A program made the translations under genes and the position numbers. Positions 31,184 through 41,145 of a stretch of 64,000 nucleotides of DNA are shown here, piece after piece. Source of the stretch: Acidobacteriota bacterium (GTDB taxonomy: Bacteria > Acidobacteriota > UBA6911); NCBI GenBank assembly GCA_963664705.1, contig OY761556.1, positions 3,104,001 to 3,168,000 on the forward strand, given 5' to 3'. Every line of letters begins with the position of its first letter. Within the stretch, counting starts at the first letter, position 1. Below the pieces are notes generated by a model, which was not told where the DNA came from, ran no database searches, and was given only the letters and a program-made list of their open reading frames with translations.

Positions 31184-31345
31184 TAGTCAGTAGTCAGGAG
31201 TCAGGAGTCAGGAGTCAGGGGATTTTCGTTTGACGCTTTTTAGTTTTGACTAAAACGCCATTCCAAGCATCAATCTATATCAGGTCAAGACACCTTATCC
31301 TGTATCCTCATATCCTGTATCCTCATTCCTGAATCGTGTATCATG
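31184..31345. repeat. Two heptamer tracts in the divergent larC-argS region
   Basis: (T/G)AGTCAG x5 at 31184-31218; TATCCTG/TATCCTC units at 31296-31345, including the 15-mer TATCCTGTATCCTCA twice. Confidence 0.9.
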
Positions 31346-31394
31346 CAATTTGTGAGTAGGATGGCAATATTCTCTTTATTGATGGAACGAAACG

Positions 31395-33365
31395 ATGCTG
31401 CTAGCACTTGCACGAAATCTAGAAAAGGCGCTTCTGAACCGGATCCGCGAACGCTATAACATACAATATGAATCCCTTACTTTCACGATTCCCCCCAAAA
31501 TCGAGCTTGGAGAACTGGCACTCCCGATTGCCTTTGATTTAGCCCGCAAGGTACGGAGGCCTCCCATCGAAATCGCGCGTGAACTCGCCTCGGATGCGGA
31601 AGGCATCCCGGGAATCGGGAAGGCGGACGTTGCAGGCGGCGGCTATCTGAATTTCCATTTTGATCGTGGGGCCTTCGCCCATGACCTGGCTGTAAGCGTT
31701 GCTAAAAAGCGGTTTGGAAGGGCTTCCGATCCGGATGACAGCGAAAAAATCGTCATCGAGCACACCAACATCAACCCCAACAAGGCCGCCCATATCGGGC
31801 ATCTGCGCAATGCAACCCTGGGAGACTCTTTTGTCCGCTGCATGCGTTTTCTTGGGCATCCGGTCGAGGTCCAGAATTATCTGGATAACACCGGGGTCCA
31901 GGTTGCCGACGTTGTTGTCGGATTCGAGCGGATGGAAAAAAAGACGCTTCAGGATCTGGCGTCCATGGAAGGAAAGTTCGACTACTACTGCTGGGACGTC
32001 TATGCCCGCGTCAATGATTTCTATCAGCAGTCGGAGGAGAACAAGAAATGGCGCAGCCTTACGCTGCAGTCCATTGAAGCCGGCAACAATGCAACGTCCG
32101 AACTGGCAGAGCATGTCGCCATGCGCATCGTCAGGGCTCATCTCGCGACCATGGCACGCATCAACGTCCATTACGATCTTCTGCCGAGAGAAAGCGAGAT
32201 CCTTCACCTTCATTTTTGGAATACCGCTTACGAGTTACTAAAGAAACGGCAGGCCATTTACTATGTGGATGAAGGAAAGAACCGCGGCTGCTGGGTTATG
32301 ATGACAGGCAGCCAGCAGCAGGGCGAAGTCTCCCGCGAAGAAGCAGAGGACGACGAAAAAATTATCGTCCGGTCCGACGGAACGGTCACATATGTCGGGA
32401 AAGACATCGCCTATCAATTATGGAAATTCGGACTTCTGGGGCTGGATTTCCAGTACAAACCCTACGAGACTGACGGCGGACAACAACTGTGGATCACCGC
32501 GACGGAACCGGCTGTCGGGGCAACCGCTCCGCAGTTCGGGCATGCGCACCGAGTCTATAATGTAATCGACAGCCGGCAGGCCTACCTTCAGAATATCGTT
32601 GTGCAGGGATTGCAGGCGCTCGGATTCAATGAACAGGCGGCCAACTCCATCCACTTCTCCTATGAAATGGTGGCGCTGACGCCGGCTTGCTGCGATGAAC
32701 TCGGATTCCCGCTGACCGACCAGGATCGGAAAAGGCCCTATGTGGAGGTCTCGGGACGCAAAGGCCTCGGCGTAAAAGCGGATGACTTGCTGAACACGCT
32801 TGAAGAAAAGGCCCTGGCGGAGGTGCGTGCCCGCCATTCACTGCCTGACGACGAAGCGATTCGAATCGCGCGTATGATCGCGGTGAGCGCCTTGCGCTAC
32901 TTTCTACTGCGCTTCGCTCGCAATACGGTTATCGCGTTTGATCTGAAGGAAGCTCTCAGCTTTGACGGTGAAACAGGCCCCTATGTCCAGTACTCGGCGG
33001 TGCGTGCCAACAACATATTCAACAAGCTGGCCGAACAGGGAGACGCCCCACCGGATCTGACAAAATCCTACCCGGGCTTCGGAGAGTTTCTCGCTGCGGA
33101 TAATGAGATCTGGGAGATTGTTTACCAGGCGGCAAGGCTTCCGGAAATTGTCCGGCAGATCGGACAATCACTTGAACTGGGGCAGATCTGCAAATATGCC
33201 TTTTCGCTGGCAAAGAAATTTAATCTTTTCTATCACAACCATCACATTTTGTCGGAACCCGACGCTCAGAAAAAGCAGCATCTTCTCCTGGTGGCGGACA
33301 TTGTTCGCAAACAACTGACGCAGGCACTCTATTTGATTGGATGCGACGTCCCCCCCAAAATGTAG
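31395..33365 (+). CDS. argS: Arginine--tRNA ligase
   Basis: NPNKAAHIGHLRN, RSDGT..Y, SGRKG, GETGPYVQY, DALR-type C-terminus. Confidence 0.96.
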   Translation: MLLALARNLEKALLNRIRERYNIQYESLTFTIPPKIELGELALPIAFDLARKVRRPPIEIARELASDAEGIPGIGKADVAGGGYLNFHFDRGAFAHDLAVSVAKKRFGRASDPDDSEKIVIEHTNINPNKAAHIGHLRNATLGDSFVRCMRFLGHPVEVQNYLDNTGVQVADVVVGFERMEKKTLQDLASMEGKFDYYCWDVYARVNDFYQQSEENKKWRSLTLQSIEAGNNATSELAEHVAMRIVRAHLATMARINVHYDLLPRESEILHLHFWNTAYELLKKRQAIYYVDEGKNRGCWVMMTGSQQQGEVSREEAEDDEKIIVRSDGTVTYVGKDIAYQLWKFGLLGLDFQYKPYETDGGQQLWITATEPAVGATAPQFGHAHRVYNVIDSRQAYLQNIVVQGLQALGFNEQAANSIHFSYEMVALTPACCDELGFPLTDQDRKRPYVEVSGRKGLGVKADDLLNTLEEKALAEVRARHSLPDDEAIRIARMIAVSALRYFLLRFARNTVIAFDLKEALSFDGETGPYVQYSAVRANNIFNKLAEQGDAPPDLTKSYPGFGEFLAADNEIWEIVYQAARLPEIVRQIGQSLELGQICKYAFSLAKKFNLFYHNHHILSEPDAQKKQHLLLVADIVRKQLTQALYLIGCDVPPKM

Positions 33366-33370
33366 GGGTT

Positions 33371-33832
33371 ATGCCTATCTACTATCTGCTTGTTTCTGCC
33401 TGGATGCTGTTCATTCAATCTGGAGGCAATGCAGCTGCTTTGGGTGATATCCTTTCCCCCGGCGAAAAGGCTCAGATGGAGAAGGCGGATACCATCGAGC
33501 GCCGGATCAAGGTGTATGATGCGGCTTCCCGGCGAATTGCGCAGGAACTCGAAGCCGCCGTGGTGAAAGACGATTCCCCGGCGGTCCCGCAAATTCTCCA
33601 CACGTGGAGTTCATTGCTGTCAAAATCTCTTGAAGATATCGAAGCGAACCTCAAATCAAAAAAGAAATCGCGCGCCCTCATCAACTACGAAATACAGTTG
33701 CGCAAATCCATCTCACGCTCGGAGAGCCTCAAAATCAGAGCCTCCGCCGACCTGCAGGATGCTTTCGATTCCTGCCTGGAGCAGGCGGAGAAAATACGAA
33801 AGCGGTTTGTTGAGATTCTTTTCCGACCCTAG
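33371..33832 (+). CDS. Hypothetical exported helical protein
   Basis: Signal-like N-terminus from ATG 33371; N-terminal pattern shared with the next gene. Confidence 0.75.
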   Translation: MPIYYLLVSAWMLFIQSGGNAAALGDILSPGEKAQMEKADTIERRIKVYDAASRRIAQELEAAVVKDDSPAVPQILHTWSSLLSKSLEDIEANLKSKKKSRALINYEIQLRKSISRSESLKIRASADLQDAFDSCLEQAEKIRKRFVEILFRP

Positions 33833-33842
33833 GATTATCAGC

Positions 33843-34382
33843 ATGCAGCACTCAAAACAGTTGTTACCGGTTATCTTTTTTGCAGCACTGCTAACATTGG
33901 TGTCAGCCAAGGAATTTCTGACCGACAAGGAAATTGAAAAGATCCAGGATGCCCAGGAAATTGACGCCAGGGTCAAAATATATCTCGAAGCCGCCACATT
34001 GCGCCTCAAGACCGCGGAAGACAGGCTGGTGGGCAAGGAATCTGTCGAAGGAGATCCGCTGGAATTTTTTACTCCAGAAGACATGCTGGACGGCTATTTT
34101 CGGATCATCAAAAGCGTGATGATGAACCTGGACGCAGCCGCTGAAAAGGGTGGACCCAATCATGCCCTTCTTGGGAAAGCGCTCAAAATGCTGAAATCGG
34201 CGACGGAAAAGAACTCCGGCCAGCTTCAAATCCTCAAAAAACTGGCGGAGGAGAAAAGAAAAGAGGAACTCTGGAACAGCATCAATAGCGCGATCGATAT
34301 AACAAACGGCGCACACGATGGCGCCGAATACGGTCTTACAAAACACCCGGCTCCGGCGGAAAAGGAAAAGAAAAACAAGTAA
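33843..34382 (+). CDS. Hypothetical exported helical protein (probable paralog of the upstream gene)
   Basis: Signal peptide MQHSKQLLPVIFFAALLTLVSA; shared L(S/T)..E.....A..I..R.K.Y..A pattern. Confidence 0.75.
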   Translation: MQHSKQLLPVIFFAALLTLVSAKEFLTDKEIEKIQDAQEIDARVKIYLEAATLRLKTAEDRLVGKESVEGDPLEFFTPEDMLDGYFRIIKSVMMNLDAAAEKGGPNHALLGKALKMLKSATEKNSGQLQILKKLAEEKRKEELWNSINSAIDITNGAHDGAEYGLTKHPAPAEKEKKNK

Positions 34383-34391
34383 CCGGGCAAT

Positions 34392-35036
34392 CTACTCGTT
34401 CCAGAAATCAGGGGCGACCGTAATGATCCCCTGCTTCCACACAAGCTCTTTTCTCAATTTGAGGTCCTGAAGCAGGCGAGACAGCGTTTCGGGAGTAGCT
34501 CCAATAGCCGCCGCCAGTTGCTTCTTGTTGATCTCTATATTGATTTGCGAATGCTCTCCATACTGCTCGAGCAGGAAGGCGCGCAGACGCTGCTCGACAT
34601 CCTGGCTGGTCAACTGCTGTATTTTGTCGGCAAGATAGCGCTGCTTCCGCAAAAGCATCGCGATAAAATCATTGCGAAAATCTTCCTGCCGCAAAAGATT
34701 GAGCAGGTCGCGGCGCAGCAGTCTGAAAACAAGAACGCCGGTCAGCGTTACGGCGGTTACCGGATAAAACTTCTTCTCAAATAGAATCGCTTCGGCAAAC
34801 ACCTCGCCCGGTTTGATCACCTTGATCACGATTTCCCGTCCGTCCGGCGTAATCTTATGAAGAGATATGCGGCCGCGGGCAAGAAGGTACATTGCTTCCC
34901 CCGGCTCCCCTTCACGGAAGAGAGTCGCATGCTTCGGCTTCTCTGCCGGCATGCAGAATCTTGATAGGGCTTCCTTGCTTTCCTTCGAAATGCCCTCAAA
35001 AAAACGCGCCTGGTCAATTATTCGCGAAATATCCAT
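34392..35036 (-). CDS. Crp/Fnr family regulator (HcpR/DNR-like)
   Basis: cNMP-binding domain (LFREGE, PGEVFAE), HTH with PETLSR, no FNR Cys cluster; divergent from hcp; start MDISR after AAGGGG. Confidence 0.9.
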   Translation of the reverse strand: MDISRIIDQARFFEGISKESKEALSRFCMPAEKPKHATLFREGEPGEAMYLLARGRISLHKITPDGREIVIKVIKPGEVFAEAILFEKKFYPVTAVTLTGVLVFRLLRRDLLNLLRQEDFRNDFIAMLLRKQRYLADKIQQLTSQDVEQRLRAFLLEQYGEHSQINIEINKKQLAAAIGATPETLSRLLQDLKLRKELVWKQGIITVAPDFWNE

Positions 35037-35090
35037 CGTGACCCCTTGGAATCCCTTCATTTTTTTGATAATAAAAAATAATTCATTTTC

Positions 35091-35132
35091 TTGATATAAA
35101 TCAATTTTATCCGGAGTACTTGGGCATAAGAT
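35091..35132 (+). promoter_or_regulatory. FNR/HcpR box and class II promoter for hcp
   Basis: TTGAT-ATAA-ATCAA (35091-35104); -10 TAAGAT at 35127-35132 centres the box at -41.5. Confidence 0.85.
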
Positions 35133-35176
35133 TCTCGCGTTGTCAGCAATAACCACTATTCAAGGGGGCAATTGAG

Positions 35177-36829
35177 ATGAGCATGTTCTGTTATCAATGT
35201 GAACAGACGTCGGCAGGTAAGGGTTGTGAAAAAATGGGCGTTTGCGGGAAGGACCCGAAATGCGCGGCATTGCAGGATCTTCTGGTATACGCCACCAAAG
35301 GAATCAGCCAGTATGCGAACAAAGCCCGCCAATTGGGCGCGAAAAATCAGGATATTGACGTTTTTGTGGTCCATGCCTTGTTTACGACGGTAACTAACGT
35401 GAATTTCGATGCCGCCCGTGTAGAGGAAATGATTCGGGAAGCCGCCGTTCTCAAAAAGACCGCGCAGAGCCTTTATGAAGATGCCTGCCGGAAGGCCGGG
35501 AAAACACCCGAAGCTCTTCAGGGAGCAGTTCAGTGGGCTCCAGCCGCAACCCAGGAAGGCCTTCTGGAACAGGCTGACAAGGTAGGGATTCAAGCGGCAC
35601 GCGCCTCGCTGGGAGATGATCTGGCCGGATTGGCTGAACTCCTGGTTTACGGATTAAAGGGGACGGCCGCGTACATGGATCACGCTCGAATTTTGGGCAA
35701 GGAAGATGACAAGGCATATGCGTACATGCACGAAGCGCTCGACTATTTGGCGCAGCCGAACCCGGCGGTGGACGCACTCCTTGGCCTCAACCTGAAATGC
35801 GGCGAAATCAACCTGCTTGTCATGGAATTGCTGGATGCCGCCAACACAGGCGCTTACGGGCATCCGGTTCCGACAAGCGTGCGGATTACACCGGTAAAAG
35901 GCAAGGCGATCCTGGTTTCCGGCCACGATCTCAAAGATCTGGAAGTTCTGCTGGAACAGACCAAGGGCCTTGGAATCAATGTCTATACCCACGGTGAAAT
36001 GCTCCCAGCCCACGGCTATCCTGGACTGAAGAAATACAGCCACCTGGCCGGCAACTACGGCGGAGCATGGCAAGACCAGGCGAAGGAATTTGATGCCTTC
36101 CCCGGCTCGATCCTTATGACAACCAATTGCATTCAGGCCCCGAGGGAAAGCTATAAAGCCCGCATATTCACAACGGGACTGGTGGAATGGCCCGGAGTCA
36201 AGCACGTCAAGAATGGCGACTTCAAGCCGGTAATCGATGCGGCACTGGCGGCGCCGGGATTCGCGGCGGATGAAGCGGAGAAAAGCATTCTGGTCGGATT
36301 TGGCCACAATACAATTCTTGGAGTGGCAGACAAAGTGATTGGCGCCGTAAAGGGCGGCCAATTGAAGCACTTCTTCCTGATCGGTGGTTGCGACGGTGCG
36401 AAGTCGGGCCGCAACTACTACACAGAGTTTGCGCAGGCAGTCCCCAAGGATTGCGCCATTCTGACGCTGGCCTGCGGAAAGTATCGTTTCAATAAGCTTG
36501 AATTCGGCGACATCGGAGGGATACCACGCCTTCTGGATTGCGGACAGTGCAATGATGCCTACTCCGCCATCAAGGTAGCGGTAGCTCTTGCCCAGGCGTT
36601 CGGTTGCGGAGTCAACGACTTGCCGTTGTCCCTGATCCTCTCCTGGTACGAACAGAAGGCTTGCGCCATTCTGTTGACCTTGCTCCACCTTGGTATCAAG
36701 AACATTCGGCTCGGCCCATCTCTCCCGGCCTTCGTCACACCGAATGTATTGAATGTACTGGTGGAAAAATTCAATATCAAGCCGATCACGACTGCGGAAG
36801 CGGATCTGAAAGCCGCCCTGTCGGCATAA
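35177..36829 (+). CDS. hcp: Hybrid cluster protein (class I)
   Basis: C-X2-C-X8-C-X5-C N-terminus, SGHDL, THGEMLP, TTNC, GGCDG, GQCND, SWYEQK. Confidence 0.97.
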   Translation: MSMFCYQCEQTSAGKGCEKMGVCGKDPKCAALQDLLVYATKGISQYANKARQLGAKNQDIDVFVVHALFTTVTNVNFDAARVEEMIREAAVLKKTAQSLYEDACRKAGKTPEALQGAVQWAPAATQEGLLEQADKVGIQAARASLGDDLAGLAELLVYGLKGTAAYMDHARILGKEDDKAYAYMHEALDYLAQPNPAVDALLGLNLKCGEINLLVMELLDAANTGAYGHPVPTSVRITPVKGKAILVSGHDLKDLEVLLEQTKGLGINVYTHGEMLPAHGYPGLKKYSHLAGNYGGAWQDQAKEFDAFPGSILMTTNCIQAPRESYKARIFTTGLVEWPGVKHVKNGDFKPVIDAALAAPGFAADEAEKSILVGFGHNTILGVADKVIGAVKGGQLKHFFLIGGCDGAKSGRNYYTEFAQAVPKDCAILTLACGKYRFNKLEFGDIGGIPRLLDCGQCNDAYSAIKVAVALAQAFGCGVNDLPLSLILSWYEQKACAILLTLLHLGIKNIRLGPSLPAFVTPNVLNVLVEKFNIKPITTAEADLKAALSA

Positions 36830-36837
36830 CAAACAAG

Positions 36838-36886
36838 AACGCCACGAATTGCGGAGCCAACTGCAGTTCGTGGCGTTTTCTTTTTT
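36838..36886 (+). terminator. Intrinsic (possibly bidirectional) terminator after hcp
   Basis: AACGCCACGAATTGCGG-AGCCAA-CTGCAGTTCGTGGCGTT followed by a T-rich tract. Confidence 0.85.
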
Positions 36887-37199
36887 AGCGCAGAGTCAGT
36901 AAAAATGAGGTGAGGTCGTTAATATCCTTTTCAGGCAGATTTGGATAGGGTTTCATCGTTGTAGCCGGTTTCATTTCTTTCGGAGTGCGAATCCACTTCC
37001 GGATATCCTCTGCTTTCAACCGCCCCCCGACGCCGTCCAACGCCAGTTTCTTGCCGCCGATCCCCGCAATAGAATGGCATAGAGCACATTTCTGCTCAGC
37101 AAACACTTCTCTTCCACGCTCCACCGAACTCTGAGGAGAAGCTGCGATTATGATCCCAACTATTACAAATGATCCGAATAGAATCAGCGTCGGTTTCAT
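36885..37199 (-). CDS. Monoheme class I cytochrome c
   Basis: Signal/TM segment, CALCH heme motif, distal Met in TTMKPY. Confidence 0.9.
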   Translation of the reverse strand: MKPTLILFGSFVIVGIIIAASPQSSVERGREVFAEQKCALCHSIAGIGGKKLALDGVGGRLKAEDIRKWIRTPKEMKPATTMKPYPNLPEKDINDLTSFLLTLR

Positions 37200-37235
37200 C
37201 GTTTATATCCCCCACGAAAAATGGTCAGCCAATTA

Positions 37236-37961
37236 TTAAACACTATCATGGTACCATCCGGCAGGCGGCCGCGGAGGATTGAAAAAACGAACCTCCTTCT
37301 TCTTGAACAGGCCGACAAGAAGCACTCCCGCAATGAAGCCGCCGATGTGCGCGCCAAAAGCGATTCCGCCCGTATTCTGATTGCCTGCGGCGCTGCCACT
37401 GATCAACTGAAAAACAAACCAGAATGCGAGCATAAAGCCTGCCGGGATATACATCAGCCGAATGAAAAAGATCAGCATAACCAGCGTCAGCACGCGCGCG
37501 CGCGGATATAGCAAAAGATAAGCGCCAAGAACACCGGCAATGGCACCGCTGGCTCCGATGGTGGGAAGAATGGACCCGGCATCAGGCAGGATCTGACTTG
37601 CGCTGGCAAGCAATCCGCAGATCAGATAGAAGGCAATAAACCGCGCGGATCCCATGGCCTCTTCAATATTGTTGCCGAAGATCCAGAGGTACCACATGTT
37701 TCCAATCAGGTGCATCCAGCTACCATGAAGAAACATGCTGGTAAAAAGGCTCAGGAAAGGAGGGATCGTCGCCAGAGTGGCCGGCAGACTCTCCACGCCT
37801 GTCACTACTGCCGGGATGGCACCAAACCTGTACACAAAAATCTTCAAGGCATTGGGTGCCAGTGATGCCTGGTAGAGAAATACAGCCGCATTCACGGCGA
37901 TCAGTGCCCAGGTTACAACCGGCGTAATGGTAGTCGGGTTATCGTCTTTTAAGGGAAACAT
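37236..37961 (-). CDS. Rhomboid family intramembrane serine protease
   Basis: HGSWMHLIGNM, GASG catalytic Ser, AHIGG catalytic His. Confidence 0.94.
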   Translation of the reverse strand: MFPLKDDNPTTITPVVTWALIAVNAAVFLYQASLAPNALKIFVYRFGAIPAVVTGVESLPATLATIPPFLSLFTSMFLHGSWMHLIGNMWYLWIFGNNIEEAMGSARFIAFYLICGLLASASQILPDAGSILPTIGASGAIAGVLGAYLLLYPRARVLTLVMLIFFIRLMYIPAGFMLAFWFVFQLISGSAAGNQNTGGIAFGAHIGGFIAGVLLVGLFKKKEVRFFNPPRPPAGWYHDSV

Positions 37962-37965
37962 AACC

Positions 37966-38083
37966 TAATTACGAATTGAGAATGGATACAAAAGCCCGCC
38001 TCTGTTGGCGGCAGTGCGCCAATTCAAACATGTCGCACTGCCCCGTCTTAGGGTTTCAATCCGTCATTCGTAATTCGTCATTT
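37966..38083. repeat. Inverted heptamer element (GAATKAC family) between S46 peptidase and rhomboid
   Basis: TAATTAC GAATTGA GAATGGA ... AATCCGT CATTCGT AATTCGT CATTT; internal hairpin GGCAGTGCG/CGCACTGCC; contains the S46 stop. Confidence 0.8.
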
Positions 38084-40156
38084 TGACTCCAGTTCATCCG
38101 CGACAGCGCCGGCGTCGTATAGCTTTCGTAACGCTTCCGTCATCCCGGCTGTATCGACTGCCACTGACCGGTTATCCGCATCGTTATATATGTAATTTCC
38201 GACAAGACTCTCGATATTGCCGTCGAATATCACGCCCACGATCTCCCCCGCCTTGTTCACCACGGGAGAACCGGAGTTTCCCCCAATGGTATCGCACGTG
38301 CAAACGAAATTGAGGGTCTTGGCAAGATCGAGTTTATCGCGCCTCTCAGAATAGCGCGCGGGCAAATCAAAGGGCGATTTGCCATCAAAGCCAAGGCTGC
38401 GGTCATACAGGCCGAAGAAGGTAGTCTTGGGTGGAGCCTCCGTTCCATTCATCGGATATCCCTTGACGGCCCCAAAGGAGAGCCTCAGCGTGAAGGTGGC
38501 GTCGGGATAAACGGTTTTTCCGTAAATGGCAAAGCGCGCCTGGCCGATCTTCTCGCCTGCGGTGGTCAAAACGCTATCGATATTATCTTCAGTCCATTTT
38601 TGAGTTTCGCGAGTGAAGGGATCCACTTTCCGGGCAAGAACGATTGCCGGATCGTTGGAAGCGTCTACCGCAGACTGCCCGCCCTCTATGAGTTCCTTAC
38701 GGAAGGCCGGGTCGGTGAGCTTTGTCCCTTTCACAATCTGTTCGGCCAGCGTTCCGGGGCGCTGCCCATTCAATACAGCTTTCATAAATGTATCCTCCTG
38801 TCCCAATTGTTCGAAGGATTCCTGAAGGCTGTCCGTCAACAGAACGGTTTCCATTCCGGAATAGATGGGAGCGGGAGAGTAAATTCGGAAGCGCAAAGAT
38901 TCCAGCTGCGATTCATGAAAACCATCCAGTCGCTCACCATCAGGCTTTTTGACTTCAGCAACATACTGCACAATCTGAGACGCGAGGCTTGCGATCCTCG
39001 AACCACGAAGCGAGCGAAAGGTGGTTTCCTTATACCGATTCAACGCTTTCTTTTCAGCGGCGGCAATGGCATCCCAGGCGGCGCCATATTTCGAAGCCAG
39101 CTCCGGCCTGCGTGAAACCTGCATGCGGAAATCGGATTCCTCCTTCTGCTTCTTAGCCATGAGGCTCATGCCCGATAGCCCTTTGTATTCGCCGTCAAAC
39201 ACCTTCAGTGAGTTTTCAAGGCGCCGCACCTGCGACGTCGCCTGGCGCATTTCCTCCGGTCCCTTCGCCGCATACTTTCTCAAGACTTCCAGCCGCCGTT
39301 TGTACTGTTTGATTCTGCCGGGCAAATAGGTTTCCCGTTGCGCCTCGATCTGGGCGATCGTGCTGAGGCGGTCGGTCGATCCGGGATTGCCGGACACAAA
39401 CACCGGTTCACCGGCTTTGGCTCCCGCGGCATTCCATTTCAGATAGTTTTTGCTCTCTACCGGCTTCCCATCTTCATAGGCGCGGAACAGCGCCATATCC
39501 AAATCGTACCGGGGGTAGGTAAAATTGTCAGGGTCTCCCCCAAAGAATGCGATTCTTTCCTCCGGAGCGAACACCAGCCGGACATCGGTATATTTCTTGT
39601 ACCGGTACAACCAGTACTCGCCTCCTGAATACAGCGAAACCACATCGGAACGCAGGCTCGTTGAATCCTGGCTCTCTTTCTCAATCTTCGCCATCTCCGC
39701 CTTGCGGGCCTGTAAAGCCGCCTTCTCGGTCATTCCCGGTTTCACAGCGCCCTGCACCCGCCGAGTAACATCCTCCATGGAGATAAGAATATTCAGCTCG
39801 AGATCCGGGCATTTCATCTCTTCTTTTGCGTCGCGCGCATAAAAGCCGTTTTTCACATAATCGTTTGCGGCGGTTGACACTTTCTGCAACTGACCGAGCG
39901 CCACATGGTGGTTTGTCAGGATCAGACCGTGAGGGCTTACAAACGAACCGGATCCGCCATCGTTGAAGCGAACGCTGGCCAGTCGCACATGGTCCAGCCA
40001 CTCCTGGGTCAGGGCAAACCCGTATTTCTCCTGAATCTGCTTTTGGGGCGGATTGTCAAATGTCCACATCCCCTCGTCTCCCAGCGCGGGCACAGTGTAG
40101 GCGAAACAGCCTGCACAAATAAGTATCAGCATTAATGCACATTGATATTCTTTCAT
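38078..40156 (-). CDS. S46 family dipeptidyl peptidase
   Basis: Signal peptide, DEGMW, GSFVS..GL..TNHH, FGGDPDN, GGNSGSPV. Confidence 0.94.
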   Translation of the reverse strand: MKEYQCALMLILICAGCFAYTVPALGDEGMWTFDNPPQKQIQEKYGFALTQEWLDHVRLASVRFNDGGSGSFVSPHGLILTNHHVALGQLQKVSTAANDYVKNGFYARDAKEEMKCPDLELNILISMEDVTRRVQGAVKPGMTEKAALQARKAEMAKIEKESQDSTSLRSDVVSLYSGGEYWLYRYKKYTDVRLVFAPEERIAFFGGDPDNFTYPRYDLDMALFRAYEDGKPVESKNYLKWNAAGAKAGEPVFVSGNPGSTDRLSTIAQIEAQRETYLPGRIKQYKRRLEVLRKYAAKGPEEMRQATSQVRRLENSLKVFDGEYKGLSGMSLMAKKQKEESDFRMQVSRRPELASKYGAAWDAIAAAEKKALNRYKETTFRSLRGSRIASLASQIVQYVAEVKKPDGERLDGFHESQLESLRFRIYSPAPIYSGMETVLLTDSLQESFEQLGQEDTFMKAVLNGQRPGTLAEQIVKGTKLTDPAFRKELIEGGQSAVDASNDPAIVLARKVDPFTRETQKWTEDNIDSVLTTAGEKIGQARFAIYGKTVYPDATFTLRLSFGAVKGYPMNGTEAPPKTTFFGLYDRSLGFDGKSPFDLPARYSERRDKLDLAKTLNFVCTCDTIGGNSGSPVVNKAGEIVGVIFDGNIESLVGNYIYNDADNRSVAVDTAGMTEALRKLYDAGAVADELESK

Positions 40157-40365
40157 TCGAGCCTCCCATCCAAATTATAGCCTATCAATCATACAGGATA
40201 CGAAATTCGAGTTGAATCCTGCAGGAGGACTGTGCCGGCGGGCAACTTGTGGTAACGTTTTGGTGGAGGATCCCGCGGGGAACGGCACCAATTTCGGGTC
40301 TCATTCCGATTATCCCAGCGGCGGGATCGACCCTATACTGCAACCGAATTGCCGAGGTGTGAGAA

Positions 40366-41133
40366 ATGGATGAAGTGCTCTTTTCCAGAGACTCCGGCAT
40401 TGGACGGATCACCATCAACCGGCCGGAAAAAAGTAATGCTCTAAACCGGAGTGTCATCAACCGGCTGCACGAAATCCTGAACGACGCGGCACACGATGAC
40501 GCAATCCGCGCGATCACCTTGACCGGAGCGGGAGAAAGGGCATTCTGTGCGGGCGCCGACTTGAAGGCGGCTTATTTGGCCGCAGCCGACGGAGAAGGTT
40601 TCAACCGTACGGAATTCCGGCAACTGCTCGTAGATCTGGTTCAGTTTCCCAAGCCGACCATCACGCTTGTACGCGGGCATGTCATGGGTGGGGGATTGGG
40701 ATTGGTGCTTGCCAGCGACCTTTCGCTCGCCTGCGAAGATGTTTATTTATCAACCCCTGAAATACAGGTCGGCATGTTCCCCATGATGATAATGGCATTG
40801 CTATATCGGAACGTGGGACGCAAAAAGGCCACGGAACTGATGTTTCTCGGCGAACGAATCACCGCGGGCCAAGCGGAAGCCTTTGGGATCATCAATCACG
40901 TGTTCCGCAGGGATTTGTTCGAGACGACCGCGGAGGAATTTGTTCAGAAAATCGCGGTCAAAAGTGCCGCTATCCTTCGCCTTGGAAAAGAAGCGTTATC
41001 CGGCCTTCTTGACGAGTCGTTAACAACTGAGGAAAAGTACCTGGAGGCCGCGCTGGCCGAAGTCATGTCCACAGAAGACAGCAAGGAAGGACTGCGCGCT
41101 TTCATTGAAAAACGGCCACCCCGGTGGAACTGA
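40366..41133 (+). CDS. Enoyl-CoA hydratase/isomerase family protein
   Basis: NRPEKSNAL, AFCAGADL, MGGG, PEIQVG, EGLRAFIEKR. Confidence 0.93.
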   Translation: MDEVLFSRDSGIGRITINRPEKSNALNRSVINRLHEILNDAAHDDAIRAITLTGAGERAFCAGADLKAAYLAAADGEGFNRTEFRQLLVDLVQFPKPTITLVRGHVMGGGLGLVLASDLSLACEDVYLSTPEIQVGMFPMMIMALLYRNVGRKKATELMFLGERITAGQAEAFGIINHVFRRDLFETTAEEFVQKIAVKSAAILRLGKEALSGLLDESLTTEEKYLEAALAEVMSTEDSKEGLRAFIEKRPPRWN

Positions 41134-41145
41134 GATCCTAAAATT

